Shown here: piece after piece, positions 38,269 to 49,287 of the stretch | Numbering within the stretch: the stretch's first letter is position 1 | Layout: each line of letters starts with the position of its first letter | Source of the DNA: Candidatus Cloacimonadota bacterium | GTDB lineage: Bacteria > Cloacimonadota > Cloacimonadia > G963667145 | Length of the DNA stretch: 64,000 nt | NCBI GenBank assembly: GCA_963667255.1 | Contig: OY762940.1 | Coordinates: forward strand, 416,001-480,000 | Reading direction: 5' to 3' | Notes under the pieces: model-generated | What the model was told of the DNA's origin: nothing | What the model saw: the letters and a program-made list of their open reading frames with translations, nothing else | Databases searched by the model: none | Position numbers and translations under genes: made by a program

Positions 38269-39036
38269 ATGAAGAAACTCTGCATATTAATTTTAATAAT
38301 CTGTATAATAGGATGTAAAAAAAAAAAAGACATCGTGGCAAAAGTTAATAACTATATTCTAACACAAGAAAATCTAAAAACCTTAAATGTAACACAAAAA
38401 AACAAGAAAGAGTTTGTAACAGAATGGATTAACTTAAAACTATTAGCTTGCTCTATAGAAAACAATGAGCTTATTAATCTTAAAAAAGAAAACTATGAAA
38501 CTAAATTAAAAGCAAACATTTATATATCTAAATTATTAGAAAGTGAAAATATAGATAAAGATGAGCTATTAGAATATTATAATGCGAATTACCAAAATTT
38601 TTATAAAGAGATAACCAAATATAAATTTCAAAAAATATATTTATCAAATAAAAAAAACAAAGATAATTTAGTTAAAGAATTAAGTAAAATAAGCGGAATA
38701 ACATTCAGTGAATTAGCTAAAAAATATTCAGAAGAATTGTATGGAAAAAATGGAGGATATACCGGCTTTGTGGATAAAGAAAGTATAAGACCTCTTGTTT
38801 GGGATAAATTAACTAACTCTGAAATAGGAAAGTATTATTGGATTGATGTTCCCGAAGGCTATGTAATAGGAAGATGGTATGAAAAGAAAGATTTTAAAAT
38901 ACAATTAGGTTTCGAACAAGTAAAAAACGATATAATAAAAATTTTAAAAAAAGAGGATAGAAAAAAAATAATAGAAAAAGAGCTACAAAGATTAAGAAAA
39001 ATAAATAAAGTAGAAATTAATTTAGATTATAATTAA
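38269..39036 (+). CDS. PpiC/parvulin-like foldase lipoprotein
   Basis: Lipobox IIGC, IVAKVN, FSELAKKYSE...KNGGYTGF. Confidence 0.75.
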   Translation: MKKLCILILIICIIGCKKKKDIVAKVNNYILTQENLKTLNVTQKNKKEFVTEWINLKLLACSIENNELINLKKENYETKLKANIYISKLLESENIDKDELLEYYNANYQNFYKEITKYKFQKIYLSNKKNKDNLVKELSKISGITFSELAKKYSEELYGKNGGYTGFVDKESIRPLVWDKLTNSEIGKYYWIDVPEGYVIGRWYEKKDFKIQLGFEQVKNDIIKILKKEDRKKIIEKELQRLRKINKVEINLDYN

Positions 39037-39046
39037 GGGAGAAAAA

Positions 39047-39370
39047 ATGAATAATATTTTTTTAGCACAAGAGAATCTTTTAGGTTCACTATTACCATTT
39101 ATTTTAATGATAGTGATAATTTGGTTTTTAATAATAAGACCACAAAAAAAGAGACAAAAAGAACATAAAAATATGTTGGAAAATCTCAAAACAGGAGATA
39201 AAGTAATAACAAATGGTGGAATGCAAGGAATAATATCTAAAATAAATGTAGAGAAAAACTTAGTTTCTATAAAAGTAGCAGATAATATAAAAATAGATTT
39301 TCTTATATCTTCCATCGCAACCAAAATATTAGACAAAAAAGTAGATGATAAAGAAGAAAAAAAGTTTTAA
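39047..39370 (+). CDS. yajC: Preprotein translocase subunit YajC
   Basis: FLIIRPQKKR...LKTGDKVITNGGMQG. Confidence 0.93.
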   Translation: MNNIFLAQENLLGSLLPFILMIVIIWFLIIRPQKKRQKEHKNMLENLKTGDKVITNGGMQGIISKINVEKNLVSIKVADNIKIDFLISSIATKILDKKVDDKEEKKF

Positions 39371-39860
39371 TATTAGCTTATTAGGGAAAAAAGAACTAAA
39401 AAAAATAAGCGAAGAAATTATAGAAATAAGCGAAAATATAAAAGATTTGGCTATGGATATGGCTAATACTATGTATTCAAGTAATGGAGTTGGCTTAGCT
39501 GCTCCACAAATCGGAAAAAATTTGCGTATTTTCGTTATAGATACTTCTAAAAAGAAAAATGATTTGAAAATTTTTATAAATCCTAAAATCATAAGCATGA
39601 AAGGTATGGAAATAAACGAGGAAGGTTGCATTAGTATTCCTGGTATTTATGCCGAAGTTCCCAGAGCGACAGAAGTGGAAATTGAAGCTTTTGACGTGGA
39701 TGGCAAAAAGTTTAAATTAAAAGCAGAAGGCTTGCTCGCTATAGCTATCCAACATGAAAATGACCATCTTAATGGGAAACTCTTTATAGATTATTTAAGT
39801 AAAACGAAACTCTTAGAATTAAAAAGCGAATTAGATAAAATAAAATGCAAAGAAAATTAA
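39345..39860 (+). CDS. def: Peptide deformylase
   Basis: GVGLAAPQIG, EGCIS, QHENDHLNG. Confidence 0.95.
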   Translation: MIKKKKSFNISLLGKKELKKISEEIIEISENIKDLAMDMANTMYSSNGVGLAAPQIGKNLRIFVIDTSKKKNDLKIFINPKIISMKGMEINEEGCISIPGIYAEVPRATEVEIEAFDVDGKKFKLKAEGLLAIAIQHENDHLNGKLFIDYLSKTKLLELKSELDKIKCKEN

Positions 39861-40369
39861 AATCTATAAAATTATTGGTTTCCGATTGTGATGGAGTGTT
39901 GACAAATGGCTTATATTATTATGGATTACAAGATTTAACTGTTAAAACCTTCCATACTCAAGACGGTTTAGGAATAAATATGTTCCAAAATTTTGGCTAC
40001 AAATTTGCTGTGATAACCGGAAAAACAAGTGTGGCTTTACAACAAAGATGTGAAGATATTGGGGTTAAATATCTATATCAAAAAATAAAAAATAAGGTTG
40101 AAATATTAGATAGTCTACGGATAAAACTGAATTTAGATTGGGAAAATATAGCTTATATTGGTGATGATTTAAACGACTTAAAGTGCATAGAATTATCGGG
40201 ATTTACTGCTTGTCCGGCTGATTCAAACAAAAAAATTCTGAATACGGTTGATTTCGTTTGTTCCAAAGCCGGTGGTTATGGTTGCGTGCGAGAAGTTATT
40301 GATTTTATTCTGGAAGAAAAAAAAGAATTGGCAGATGCTCAAAATAAATTTATCGAAAGTCTGTCTTAG
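39845..40369 (+). CDS. kdsC: KDO 8-phosphate phosphatase (HAD family)
   Basis: DCDGVLT, DGLG, ITGK, YIGDDLND, GGYGCVRE. Confidence 0.9.
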   Translation: MQRKLKSIKLLVSDCDGVLTNGLYYYGLQDLTVKTFHTQDGLGINMFQNFGYKFAVITGKTSVALQQRCEDIGVKYLYQKIKNKVEILDSLRIKLNLDWENIAYIGDDLNDLKCIELSGFTACPADSNKKILNTVDFVCSKAGGYGCVREVIDFILEEKKELADAQNKFIESLS

Positions 40370-40898
40370 TTTTTTTATACTATTTATGCTTGTTTCTTGT
40401 GTAAAAGGCGAAGACATCCTTGATAAAGGGAAGAAGTTTTTTGATAAAGAGGATTTGCCGGAAAAAACAAGCGATACTGTTTCACTGGTCTCTATGGAAG
40501 AGGATAAAATAAAGTGGTTTCTGAAAGCTGATCATATTAAAGAGTTTGCTAAGAAGAAAAAAATATATGCCAAAAAAATGACAATCTATGTTTTTGATGT
40601 TGATGACAATATAGTTTCCACAATGACAGCTGATAGTGCCAAAATAGACGAAGTAACTAAAATGCTTAAAGCTGAAAGTAATGTTAAAATATTGAGTTCT
40701 AATGGGGTTTTGGAAACCTCTATACTTTACTGGAATCTGGCAAATAACAGCATTTTTACCAAAGAAAAAGTGAAAATAACTCGTGGCGAAAATGTTATGT
40801 ATGGGCAAAATTTATATACAGATGTTGCTTTAAATTCGGCTAAATTAGACGATATTAAGGGAGAGGGAGAGGTTGAAGAAAATAGTATTGCTTTCTAA
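40335..40898 (+). CDS. lptC: LPS export protein LptC
   Basis: Position kdsC-X-lptA-lptB; ADSA...V...LETSILYWN; start codon uncertain. Confidence 0.75.
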   Translation: MLKINLSKVCLSFFILFMLVSCVKGEDILDKGKKFFDKEDLPEKTSDTVSLVSMEEDKIKWFLKADHIKEFAKKKKIYAKKMTIYVFDVDDNIVSTMTADSAKIDEVTKMLKAESNVKILSSNGVLETSILYWNLANNSIFTKEKVKITRGENVMYGQNLYTDVALNSAKLDDIKGEGEVEENSIAF

Positions 40899-41991
40899 TT
40901 TTTTTTTGTTTGTTATTATTTCCTGCCTTTTCGGGACAAAGATAAAAAGCATTGAGGAACGAACTGTAAAAAAAAGTTCGAAAAACTATAAGATAATTAA
41001 TTCGGATGTCCTCAATTTAAAAAAAGATGGAAACGAAATTATCTCTCAAATGAGAGGTAATGTGCATTTTTTTTACGATAATATAGAGTTTTTTAGTGAT
41101 GAAGCGGAGATATATGAGAAACAGCAAAAAGTTAAACTGATAAAAAATGTGATAATTAAGCAAGATACGATTACCGTGAAAGCGGAAGATGTTACTTATT
41201 TAAAAGAGCTAAACAAAATAATTCTCACGGAAAATGTATTTATCAAAATTGATTGCAAAAGTAGTAAAACTATAAAAACCTTTTCTTGTCAAACAGCGGA
41301 AATAGACAGAAAAAGTGGCGATTTGAAAGCGGATAAGGATGTTAGGGTTTTTGACGAATCACGAAAAGTGAAGGTTTTTTGTGGTAAGATGCGTTATAAT
41401 ATGCATACGCGAAAAGGTTATTTGGTCGATAATCCCGAGATTTTTTCGGTTGATGATGATTCTACAAAGTTGATTGCTCAGAAGATAGATATATTGGATG
41501 GTCAAAATAAAATAAAAGCTATTTACGGAGTGAAGACGATTTCGGCAAATCATCAGACCGAAAGTGAGGAGTTGGTGTTTCTAAATGAGGAAAAAAAGAT
41601 AATTATGCTGGGAGAGCCAAAGTTTTATTCCAAAAAATTGTATGCGGAAGCTAAGAGGTTCTATTTTTATTCCGATATGTCTTTTAAAAATATAGAAAAA
41701 ATAGTTCTTGAGGAAGATTGTGAGGTTGATTTTCCGAGTGAAGAGGGCAAAGCTTTTGACAATCATTTGGTTTCTGGTAGAGTTAACTTGAACTTCACGG
41801 ACTCAAATCTAAAGAATGTTGTGGCTACGGAGAAAGTGGCGTTGAGCTTGATTAACGAAGATTCAACGGGGGTGTCGGTAAACAAGATTTACGGAGATAC
41901 TTTGTTTTTGCGGTTTAATGATGAAAAAAGATTGGAATATATGACTATGAAAAGTCAGAGGGTTAACGGAGTTTTTAAATTTAAGAATTAA
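40873..41991 (+). CDS. OstA/LptA-like multi-jellyroll protein
   Basis: Repeated GNV/ENV beta-jellyroll motifs; directly upstream of lptB. Confidence 0.7.
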   Translation: MKKIVLLSNFFLFVIISCLFGTKIKSIEERTVKKSSKNYKIINSDVLNLKKDGNEIISQMRGNVHFFYDNIEFFSDEAEIYEKQQKVKLIKNVIIKQDTITVKAEDVTYLKELNKIILTENVFIKIDCKSSKTIKTFSCQTAEIDRKSGDLKADKDVRVFDESRKVKVFCGKMRYNMHTRKGYLVDNPEIFSVDDDSTKLIAQKIDILDGQNKIKAIYGVKTISANHQTESEELVFLNEEKKIIMLGEPKFYSKKLYAEAKRFYFYSDMSFKNIEKIVLEEDCEVDFPSEEGKAFDNHLVSGRVNLNFTDSNLKNVVATEKVALSLINEDSTGVSVNKIYGDTLFLRFNDEKRLEYMTMKSQRVNGVFKFKN

Positions 41992-41993
41992 TA

Positions 41994-42740
41994 ATGAAGA
42001 ACGAAATAGAAATCAAAAATATTGTGAAATACTATGGCTCTAAGTTGGTGTTGCGAGACATAAATGTGAAGATAACACAGGGAGAGTGCGTGGGAATAAT
42101 GGGTCCGAACGGAGCCGGTAAATCAACGACTTTTTATATTGTGCTTGGACTTATCAAAGCGACCGCAGGGCAAGTTTTGTTCAATGGTAAGTTGATTAAT
42201 AATTTACCGATGTATAAAAGAGCAAGATTAGGTATTGGTTATCTTGCTCAGCAACCGTCTATTTTTCACAATCTTACTGTGGAACAAAATGTTATGGCAA
42301 TTTTAGAGATGCTAAAGATTTCTAAAGTGGAAAAAAGAAGACGGTTGGATGAACTTTTGGCTGATTTGGATTTGACCAAATTGAGCAAGCAAAAGGCTTA
42401 TACGCTATCGGGCGGAGAGAGGCGAAAATTGGAAATTACCAGATCGCTAGTAACAAATCCTTCGTTTTTGCTTTTAGACGAACCATTTGCCGGAGTTGAC
42501 CCTAAAGCTGTGGAAGATATACAAAAAATTATCAAGAAATTGGGCGAAAAAAACATCGGAGTTCTGATAACAGACCACAATGTGATAGAAACTCTGAAGA
42601 TTGTGCAAAGGGCTTACATTGTGTTTAATGGAGAGATTCTATTTTCCGGAACATCAGCGGAGCTTGTAAACGACAAAAGAGCCAGAGAGGTTTATTTGGG
42701 GAACAGCTTTATGCAGCACAATTTTAGCGAACAAAATTAA
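41994..42740 (+). CDS. lptB: LPS export ABC ATPase
   Basis: GPNGAGKS, PMYKRARLGIGYL, LSGGERR, DEPFAGVDP, ITDHNV. Confidence 0.96.
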   Translation: MKNEIEIKNIVKYYGSKLVLRDINVKITQGECVGIMGPNGAGKSTTFYIVLGLIKATAGQVLFNGKLINNLPMYKRARLGIGYLAQQPSIFHNLTVEQNVMAILEMLKISKVEKRRRLDELLADLDLTKLSKQKAYTLSGGERRKLEITRSLVTNPSFLLLDEPFAGVDPKAVEDIQKIIKKLGEKNIGVLITDHNVIETLKIVQRAYIVFNGEILFSGTSAELVNDKRAREVYLGNSFMQHNFSEQN

Positions 42741-42749
42741 GAAGAGATT

Positions 42750-44120
42750 ATGGAAGTTATAGTTGCGGGATATAATGTTGATGCGGAAGTGATAAGGAAA
42801 TGCACCAAAGGTGCTACTCCGGAGACGATTTCGGCTGCGTATGCCAGAATTAGCAGAAGCAAAGATTCCGTGGAAAAATTGCGTGCTGAAGCTATCTTGG
42901 ATGTGGAAAAAGCCAAAGATTCCAACACGAGCATCGTCTTTGAAATGGGTCATTCGTCCATCGCCGAGCATGTGATTTTCAACTTTGATTTAATAGGGAT
43001 TTCGCGATATTTGGCGGAGTTTATCCATCGGAGCAGGTTAGCCTCTTTTACGGAAAAATCCCAACGATATGTAACCTTGGACGGCGATTTCTATCTGCCG
43101 GAAGAGGTAAGAAACAGTAAATTGAGAGAAGATTTTGAGCAAGTGATTTCCGAGCAAAATTCGTTGTATGAGTTGTTGTTTGCCAAAGCGAAAGAGAAGT
43201 TGGAAGCGGACGGCTTCGCAGGGAGTAAAAGAGATAGATTTAGTAAGGCGAAAGAGGACGCGCGCTATTTTTTGTCGCTATCCACTTTGACACAGATGGG
43301 AATCACGATTAACGCTAGAAGTTTGCAAAAGCTTTTGGTTCGCTTGGATAAATCGGATTTGCATGAAGCCAAAAAGCTAAAGAAGAAACTGGAAGAAGAA
43401 GCCAAGAAAATAGCACCGTCTTTGATTCGCTATACAGATGCGGACGATTTTACTCGATTTACTTGGGAACTTCCTGAAAATAAAGAGATTAGACCGAGCG
43501 AGAAGGTTAAACTTATCAACGCATCCGACAATCCTGACGACTTGGTTTTGCAGGGGATGTTGGTCGATTTCGGCTATCCGTATGAGCAGGTTTCCGACTA
43601 TTTGTCAAAAATAACATCGCAAGAGAAAGAGCAGATTTTTGATGCTTTATTCGCAAAAGGCAAGCTTTACTCCTCTATGCCAAGAGGGTTTGAATTAGCC
43701 GATTTTCTTTTTGAGGTTTGCTGTTCTGCGTGTTGCTTCGGACAGATGAAAAGACATCGCATGTCCACGATACTCAAATCTGAATATCACCCCGACTACG
43801 GGTTTGTTGTTCCGGAGTTGATCAAGGCTTTGGGCGAAGAAGAGAAAATTGACGAAGTTATTAAGCGGACAAACGATTTATATTTTGAGTTGGAAAAAGA
43901 GAAAAAAGGATTGGGAAATTACATCTTGACTAATGCTCACAACACTTTGATTTTATTCAAGGGTAACTTGCGTGAAATTTACCATTTTTCTCGACTGCGT
44001 GCTGACGAACATGCTCAGTGGGAGATAAGAGAGATTGCTAATAAAATCGACGAAATTGTGCGAGAGGTTGCTCCTTTGGCGGGTAAATTTTTAGGGGGGA
44101 AAAGTGAAATATTTAGTTAA
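42750..44120 (+). CDS. thyX: FAD-dependent thymidylate synthase, tandem two-domain form
   Basis: GHSSIAEH, SFTEKSQRY, EDARYFL, second repeat KRHRM...HAQWEIR. Confidence 0.88.
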   Translation: MEVIVAGYNVDAEVIRKCTKGATPETISAAYARISRSKDSVEKLRAEAILDVEKAKDSNTSIVFEMGHSSIAEHVIFNFDLIGISRYLAEFIHRSRLASFTEKSQRYVTLDGDFYLPEEVRNSKLREDFEQVISEQNSLYELLFAKAKEKLEADGFAGSKRDRFSKAKEDARYFLSLSTLTQMGITINARSLQKLLVRLDKSDLHEAKKLKKKLEEEAKKIAPSLIRYTDADDFTRFTWELPENKEIRPSEKVKLINASDNPDDLVLQGMLVDFGYPYEQVSDYLSKITSQEKEQIFDALFAKGKLYSSMPRGFELADFLFEVCCSACCFGQMKRHRMSTILKSEYHPDYGFVVPELIKALGEEEKIDEVIKRTNDLYFELEKEKKGLGNYILTNAHNTLILFKGNLREIYHFSRLRADEHAQWEIREIANKIDEIVREVAPLAGKFLGGKSEIFS

Positions 44121-45240
44121 GACAAGTTTAATTTTTGTTGTGATTTTGCTGTTTGCGTGTAACAAAGATATTACGAAAGGCAAATACGAAAATGTTTCCG
44201 AGCGAATTAACAGTGACCAAAATATGTTTCAAGGAAATTTGAAAAGAAACGGAGTTTATCAGACGAATGGTCTCGAAAAAAAGTGCCCAAATGTTGTGAA
44301 ATGGCGATTTTCTTTGGAAGCCAAGATTTACTCTTCCCCTATGTATTATGACAATAAGATTATAGTTAACGATTATGGCAACTATATAACGGCGATAAAT
44401 TATGTTACCGGAGAGAGCGAGTGGATATTCAAAACTCGTAACAGAAATACAACAAGTGTAGCTGTTGCCAATAATGTGGTGTATTTTGGTAGTTATGACA
44501 AATATTTTTATGCTCTGAACGCTTCTAATGGGGCTCTTATCTGGAAATACAAAGTGGAAGGATACATCACTTCGTCTGCTGCGGTTTATGGTGGAATTGT
44601 GTATTTTGGCAGTTGGGACGGATATTTTTATGCCTTGAATTGTAAGAACGGAGAGTTGATTTGGAAAATCAAGATTGGCGACAGAGTTTATACTCCTCCT
44701 GCTATTGACGAAGAAAACAAACTGGTTTTTTACGGAGATAGAGCGTTGTATGCCAGCGATTTGAAGACAGGGAAATTGAAGTGGAAATTTTCCACAGGCA
44801 ATTTTATAGAATCCGCTCCTGTCGTAGATGGAGACAATGTATATTTTGGCAGTAGAGACTACTATATGTATTGTGTGAACAAAAAAACCGGAGACGAGAA
44901 GTGGAAATTCAAGACTGGCTATTGGGTTACCGGCTCGCCGTCTGTTTGCGGAGACAAATTGATTTTCGGTTCTTACGACGATTGCATTTATATTTTAAAG
45001 AAAAAAAGTGGAGAGCTTTTCAAGAAAATCAATAGTGGCAGTGATGTTCAACTTCCGGCTATTGTCGTGGGGCATAACGCTTATTTGCTCAATGTAGAAG
45101 GCGGTTTTGCGGCGATAGATGTTGGTTTGGGCAAAATTATCTGGCGAAAAAGGTTCAACAATAAGAGCTCTCTGCCCTTAATTCATGAGGGAAATCTTAT
45201 CATTGTGCATGACGAAACGCTTTTGAAACTGGGTTATTAA
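44104..45240 (+). CDS. PQQ-like beta-propeller repeat lipoprotein (BamB-like)
   Basis: Lipobox LFAC; repeated VYFGSxDxYxYALNxxxGxxxWK. Confidence 0.85.
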   Translation: MKYLVKTSLIFVVILLFACNKDITKGKYENVSERINSDQNMFQGNLKRNGVYQTNGLEKKCPNVVKWRFSLEAKIYSSPMYYDNKIIVNDYGNYITAINYVTGESEWIFKTRNRNTTSVAVANNVVYFGSYDKYFYALNASNGALIWKYKVEGYITSSAAVYGGIVYFGSWDGYFYALNCKNGELIWKIKIGDRVYTPPAIDEENKLVFYGDRALYASDLKTGKLKWKFSTGNFIESAPVVDGDNVYFGSRDYYMYCVNKKTGDEKWKFKTGYWVTGSPSVCGDKLIFGSYDDCIYILKKKSGELFKKINSGSDVQLPAIVVGHNAYLLNVEGGFAAIDVGLGKIIWRKRFNNKSSLPLIHEGNLIIVHDETLLKLGY

Positions 45241-45248
45241 GGGAAAAA

Positions 45249-45695
45249 ATGAATAGATTAGACTGGAACGAATATTTTATGGAGATTGCCAAGGTAGTCG
45301 CCAAAAGGTCAACTTGTCTCAGAAGGCAGGTAGGTGCTATTTTGGTAAGGGATAAACAGATTTTGGCGACTGGATATAATGGGAGTCCTAAAAATTTGGA
45401 GCATTGCCAGACCAAAGGTTGCTTACGCCAAGAGTTGGGGATACCTTCGGGGCAAAGGCACGAGATTTGTCGGGCGGTGCATGCGGAACAGAACGCCGTG
45501 ATACAAGCTGCCGTGAACGGAGTTTCTATCAAAAATGCGATTTTGTATTGCACCAATTTCCCTTGTAGTATCTGTGCTAAAATATTGGTAAATGCTGAGG
45601 TAAAGAAGATTTATATCGCCGACGATTATCAAGACGACTTGTCCAAGCAAATCTTGCAGGAAGCCGGAATCGATGTCGTTAAGCTGGGCGATTGA
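45249..45695 (+). CDS. dCMP deaminase (ComEB family)
   Basis: [26 protein letters not shown]. Confidence 0.92.
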   Translation: MNRLDWNEYFMEIAKVVAKRSTCLRRQVGAILVRDKQILATGYNGSPKNLEHCQTKGCLRQELGIPSGQRHEICRAVHAEQNAVIQAAVNGVSIKNAILYCTNFPCSICAKILVNAEVKKIYIADDYQDDLSKQILQEAGIDVVKLGD

Positions 45696-45710
45696 CAATA
45701 GGTAGTCAAA

Positions 45711-46958
45711 ATGAGTGAATTAATAGAAAAAGCTCAGAAATTGAAACAACAGCGGAAAGATTTGTCGATTTGTTCCGCTATCTCCAAAAATAAAGCTCTT
45801 CTCTTGGTTGCTGGTCAACTGGAAAAGCAAGCCGATTTCATCCTACAAGCGAACAAAATTGATGTGCAAGAGGCTCGTGATGCAGGAGTTAGCGAGGCTC
45901 TGATAGATAGATTGTTTTTGGACGAGAGCAGGATAATGGCTATTTGCCAGAGTTTGGGACAAGTAGCAAATCTGAAAGACCCTGTTGGCAAAGTTCTTGG
46001 TGGTTGGCAGACGGAAGAAGGGCTGTCTATCCGCAAAGTGAGTGTTCCCCTCGGTGTTTTGGGGATGATTTACGAGTCGCGACCCAATGTTACTGTGGAC
46101 GCTTTTGCTTTGGCTCTGAAAAGCGGAAACGCTATCTTATTGAGAGGGAGTTCCTCCGCTTTGGCATCGAACAAGGCGTTGGTCAAAGTCATCAAGGACG
46201 GTCTGTTTTTGAGCGACATCTCTCCCGACATGGCTCAGTTGTTGGAAGACCCCGATAGAAATCAAGTGCTGGAGATGCTACAACTTACGGAGTATTTGGA
46301 CTTGATAATTCCCCGTGGTGGAGCGACTCTCATCGATATGGTGGTAAAAAACGCTAAAGTGAAAACGATAGAGACCGGAGTTGGCAATTGCCATATTTAT
46401 GTTCACGAAAGAGCCAACCAGGATATGGCTCTGAAAATCATCGAAAACGCCAAAACGCAACGACCTGGGGTATGTAATGCGTGTGAGACTGTCTTGATAG
46501 ACAAGAATATAGCAGAAGAGTTTTTGCCCAAAATGAATGCAAAGTTGTCAGACAAGGTTGTTTTGCGAGGTTGCGAAGAAACGAAAAAATTTATTGATTG
46601 TGAGCCTGCCAAGGAAAGTGACTGGTCTGACGAGTTCTTGGACTTGATTTTGGCGGTAAAAGTCGTGGACGGCTTGGACGAAGCTATAGAACACATCAAC
46701 GCTTACGGCACATTGCATTCGGAGGCTATAGTCAGCGAAGACTATTCTGCGTGCCAAAAGTTCCAAGCGGAAGTGGATGCAGCGGCTGTGTATGCCAACG
46801 CTTCTACCCGATTTACCGATGGTTCTGTGTTCGGTTTTGGTTGCGAAATGGGAATCAGCACGCAAAAAATGCATGCGAGAGGACCGATGGGCTTGGATGA
46901 GTTGGTCACATATAAATATATCATAAACGGCAAAGGTCAAATACGAGGAGGAAACTAA
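45711..46958 (+). CDS. proA: Gamma-glutamyl phosphate reductase
   Basis: [40 protein letters not shown]. Confidence 0.96.
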   Translation: MSELIEKAQKLKQQRKDLSICSAISKNKALLLVAGQLEKQADFILQANKIDVQEARDAGVSEALIDRLFLDESRIMAICQSLGQVANLKDPVGKVLGGWQTEEGLSIRKVSVPLGVLGMIYESRPNVTVDAFALALKSGNAILLRGSSSALASNKALVKVIKDGLFLSDISPDMAQLLEDPDRNQVLEMLQLTEYLDLIIPRGGATLIDMVVKNAKVKTIETGVGNCHIYVHERANQDMALKIIENAKTQRPGVCNACETVLIDKNIAEEFLPKMNAKLSDKVVLRGCEETKKFIDCEPAKESDWSDEFLDLILAVKVVDGLDEAIEHINAYGTLHSEAIVSEDYSACQKFQAEVDAAAVYANASTRFTDGSVFGFGCEMGISTQKMHARGPMGLDELVTYKYIINGKGQIRGGN

Positions 46959-47740
46959 TGGGAAAGAACATCGAAGAGATTGCCAAAAAGATTTTTGATT
47001 TGGAAGAAGGCTTTATCTCCAGAAGCGGAGGAGAACACCGTTTGTCGCTTGGCTCTGTGGTGGACAGGAGTGATTTGCCCGACCAATTGGTTACCGATTT
47101 TGGTTCTTTGGCGAAATATATAGACCACACTGTTTTGAAACCCGAGACGAGCCTCAAACAGATAGAGAAATTGTGTCAGGAAGCGGAAGAGTTTGGCTTT
47201 GCCAGTGTTTGCGTTAATCCTGTTTGGGCTACGGAAGCGGAAAAAGTTTTGAAAACTGTTCCTCTGTGCTGTGTTGTGGGGTTTCCTCTCGGAGCGAATA
47301 TTGCCGAAGTGAAAATGGTGGAGACCATCAAAGCGTTGGAAGCTGGAGCCAAAGAGATAGATATGGTGATAAATGTGGGAGCACTCAAAGGCAAGAATTA
47401 CTCTTTGCTTGAAGATGAGATAGCTCTTTTGGCTTTGGATTGTCACAAGTCGAACGCTAAATTGAAAGTGATAATCGAGGCGTGTTTGCTTACGGAAGAG
47501 GAAAAGATAGTTGCGTGTTTGCTCTCCAAAAAGGCTGGTGCGGATTTTGTGAAAACTTCGACTGGATTTTCCACAGGTGGAGCGACAGTCGAGGATATCG
47601 CTTTGATGCGGGCAGTAGTGGGACCCAAGATGGGAGTGAAGGCTTCCGGTGGTATCCGCGACAAAGAGACCGCTTTGGCGATGCTGAAAGCGGGTGCAAA
47701 CAGAATTGGTGCTTCGGCTGGGATTTCTATTTGCAGTTAA
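46958..47740 (+). CDS. deoC: Deoxyribose-phosphate aldolase with N-terminal extension
   Basis: [34 protein letters not shown]. Confidence 0.95.
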   Translation: MGKNIEEIAKKIFDLEEGFISRSGGEHRLSLGSVVDRSDLPDQLVTDFGSLAKYIDHTVLKPETSLKQIEKLCQEAEEFGFASVCVNPVWATEAEKVLKTVPLCCVVGFPLGANIAEVKMVETIKALEAGAKEIDMVINVGALKGKNYSLLEDEIALLALDCHKSNAKLKVIIEACLLTEEEKIVACLLSKKAGADFVKTSTGFSTGGATVEDIALMRAVVGPKMGVKASGGIRDKETALAMLKAGANRIGASAGISICS

Positions 47741-47770
47741 TTCTGCGTAAAAATTTAGGGAGAGATTGTA

Positions 47771-48271
47771 ATGATAGAGTCGTTTCAGGGGATTGAACCA
47801 AAAATGGACGAAAGCAGTTTTGTTCATGAAACAGCTGTTTTGATAGGAAAAGTGAAAATAGGGAAGAATGCAAGCATTTGGCCCGGAGTGATAGTTCGTG
47901 GAGATGAAGCGGAGATACAAGTTGGAGAGTATTCCAATGTGCAGGACAATTCCGTTTTGCATTGCGTAGAGGGGACACCTACGATAATAGGTAAATATGT
48001 TACGATTGGTCATAAGTGTATTGTCCACGCTTGCAAAGTCGAGGATTTTTGCCTCATAGGTATGGGTGCGACTGTGCTGGACGGAGCTGTAATAGGCGAA
48101 GGGAGCATAGTTGGTGCTGGAGCTCTTGTTACCAAAAACACCATTATACCGCCAAACTCTTTGGTGTTGGGCATTCCTGCGAAGGTTGTGAAGCAACTGG
48201 ATGATAAAAACTTAGAAAGACAAAAAGCACACGCTACTCATTATTGGGAGTTGGCGAAAAATTATTTGTAA
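47771..48271 (+). CDS. Gamma carbonic anhydrase family protein
   Basis: RGD, SNVQDNSVLH, TIGH..H, hexapeptide repeats. Confidence 0.92.
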   Translation: MIESFQGIEPKMDESSFVHETAVLIGKVKIGKNASIWPGVIVRGDEAEIQVGEYSNVQDNSVLHCVEGTPTIIGKYVTIGHKCIVHACKVEDFCLIGMGATVLDGAVIGEGSIVGAGALVTKNTIIPPNSLVLGIPAKVVKQLDDKNLERQKAHATHYWELAKNYL

Positions 48272-48303
48272 AAGAAAAAAGTAAATAGAGAATAGGAGGG
48301 CAA

Positions 48304-49278
48304 ATGTTTTATACAGGCGATCAAATGAAAAAAGTTATCATGAAAGCCAAGAAAGAGAAGTTTGGGATTATCGCTTCTAATGTGGTTTTCGATACATCTG
48401 TCAGAGCGATGGTGCAAGGCTACAACGCTATGGGTGCTGACGGGCTTTTGCAAATATCTTCCGGAGCGTGTAAATATGCTGCTGGAGCAACCAAAGATTT
48501 GTTGGTGGGAGCGAAGTTTATTTCCGATATGGTCAAAAATATTGCTAACCAATATCCAAAAAGTGGTGTCGGTTTGAATATAGACCATGGTGCACCCAAA
48601 GATATGGATTTCATCATTCACTGCATCGAGAACGGTTTGGTTTCCACTGTGATGATAGACGCTTCTCACGAGAGTTTTGAGGAGAATGTCCGTCTTACCA
48701 AAGAGGTGGTAAAGGTTGCTCACAAGCATGGTGTTTTGGTGGAAGGCGAGATTGGATACATCAAAGGCAATGAGGACGAACTCGTGAGCGATAGCCAGCT
48801 CTACACCAATCCGCAAGAGGCTCTGGAGTATGTGAAAAAGACAAGCGTTGACCTTTTTGCTGCTTCCGTGGGCACTAACCATGGAGTGACCAAAGGTGCT
48901 GATGTTGTCTTGCGTTTGGGACTCATCAAAGAGATAGACGACTTACTCCGAGCAAACAATTTGGAAGCTGGTTTGGTGTTGCATGGTGCTTCCGGTTTGA
49001 CCGTGAAACAACAACAAGATGCTGTGGCTAACGGCGTGGTGAAGATTAACAAAGATACTTGTTATCAGATGGAGATTGCCTCCGCTGTTCAGGCTTATTG
49101 GGAAAAAGAGAAAGATGCTATCGTTTGTCCGAGCGGAATGAGTGAAAAGAAATATTCCCCAGACAAAGGTAGATTTGACCCGAGAAAGTGGCTCATCAAA
49201 GGCGAAGATGCGATGCAATCTGAGGTGGAGAGCTTAGTGGAGATTGTCGGAGGAAAAGGCACTTCGATTTTGTCGTAA
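48304..49278 (+). CDS. fba: Class II fructose-bisphosphate aldolase
   Basis: IDHG, VMIDAS, VEGEIG, GTNHG, LVLHGASG, KIN. Confidence 0.9.
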   Translation: MFYTGDQMKKVIMKAKKEKFGIIASNVVFDTSVRAMVQGYNAMGADGLLQISSGACKYAAGATKDLLVGAKFISDMVKNIANQYPKSGVGLNIDHGAPKDMDFIIHCIENGLVSTVMIDASHESFEENVRLTKEVVKVAHKHGVLVEGEIGYIKGNEDELVSDSQLYTNPQEALEYVKKTSVDLFAASVGTNHGVTKGADVVLRLGLIKEIDDLLRANNLEAGLVLHGASGLTVKQQQDAVANGVVKINKDTCYQMEIASAVQAYWEKEKDAIVCPSGMSEKKYSPDKGRFDPRKWLIKGEDAMQSEVESLVEIVGGKGTSILS

Positions 49279-49287
49279 AAAGGGATT

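Noticed and set aside
35700..41000. Genomic island or prophage as the explanation for low GC
   Set aside because: Only core genes, graded edges, and no integrase, att site or tRNA
46955..48196. 413-aa antisense ORF, and similar long ones at 52328-53647, 16489-17472, 55167-56009, 61186-62037 and 31277-32107
   Set aside because: They lie opposite well-conserved genes, have no recognisable motifs, and are expected shadows of codon bias
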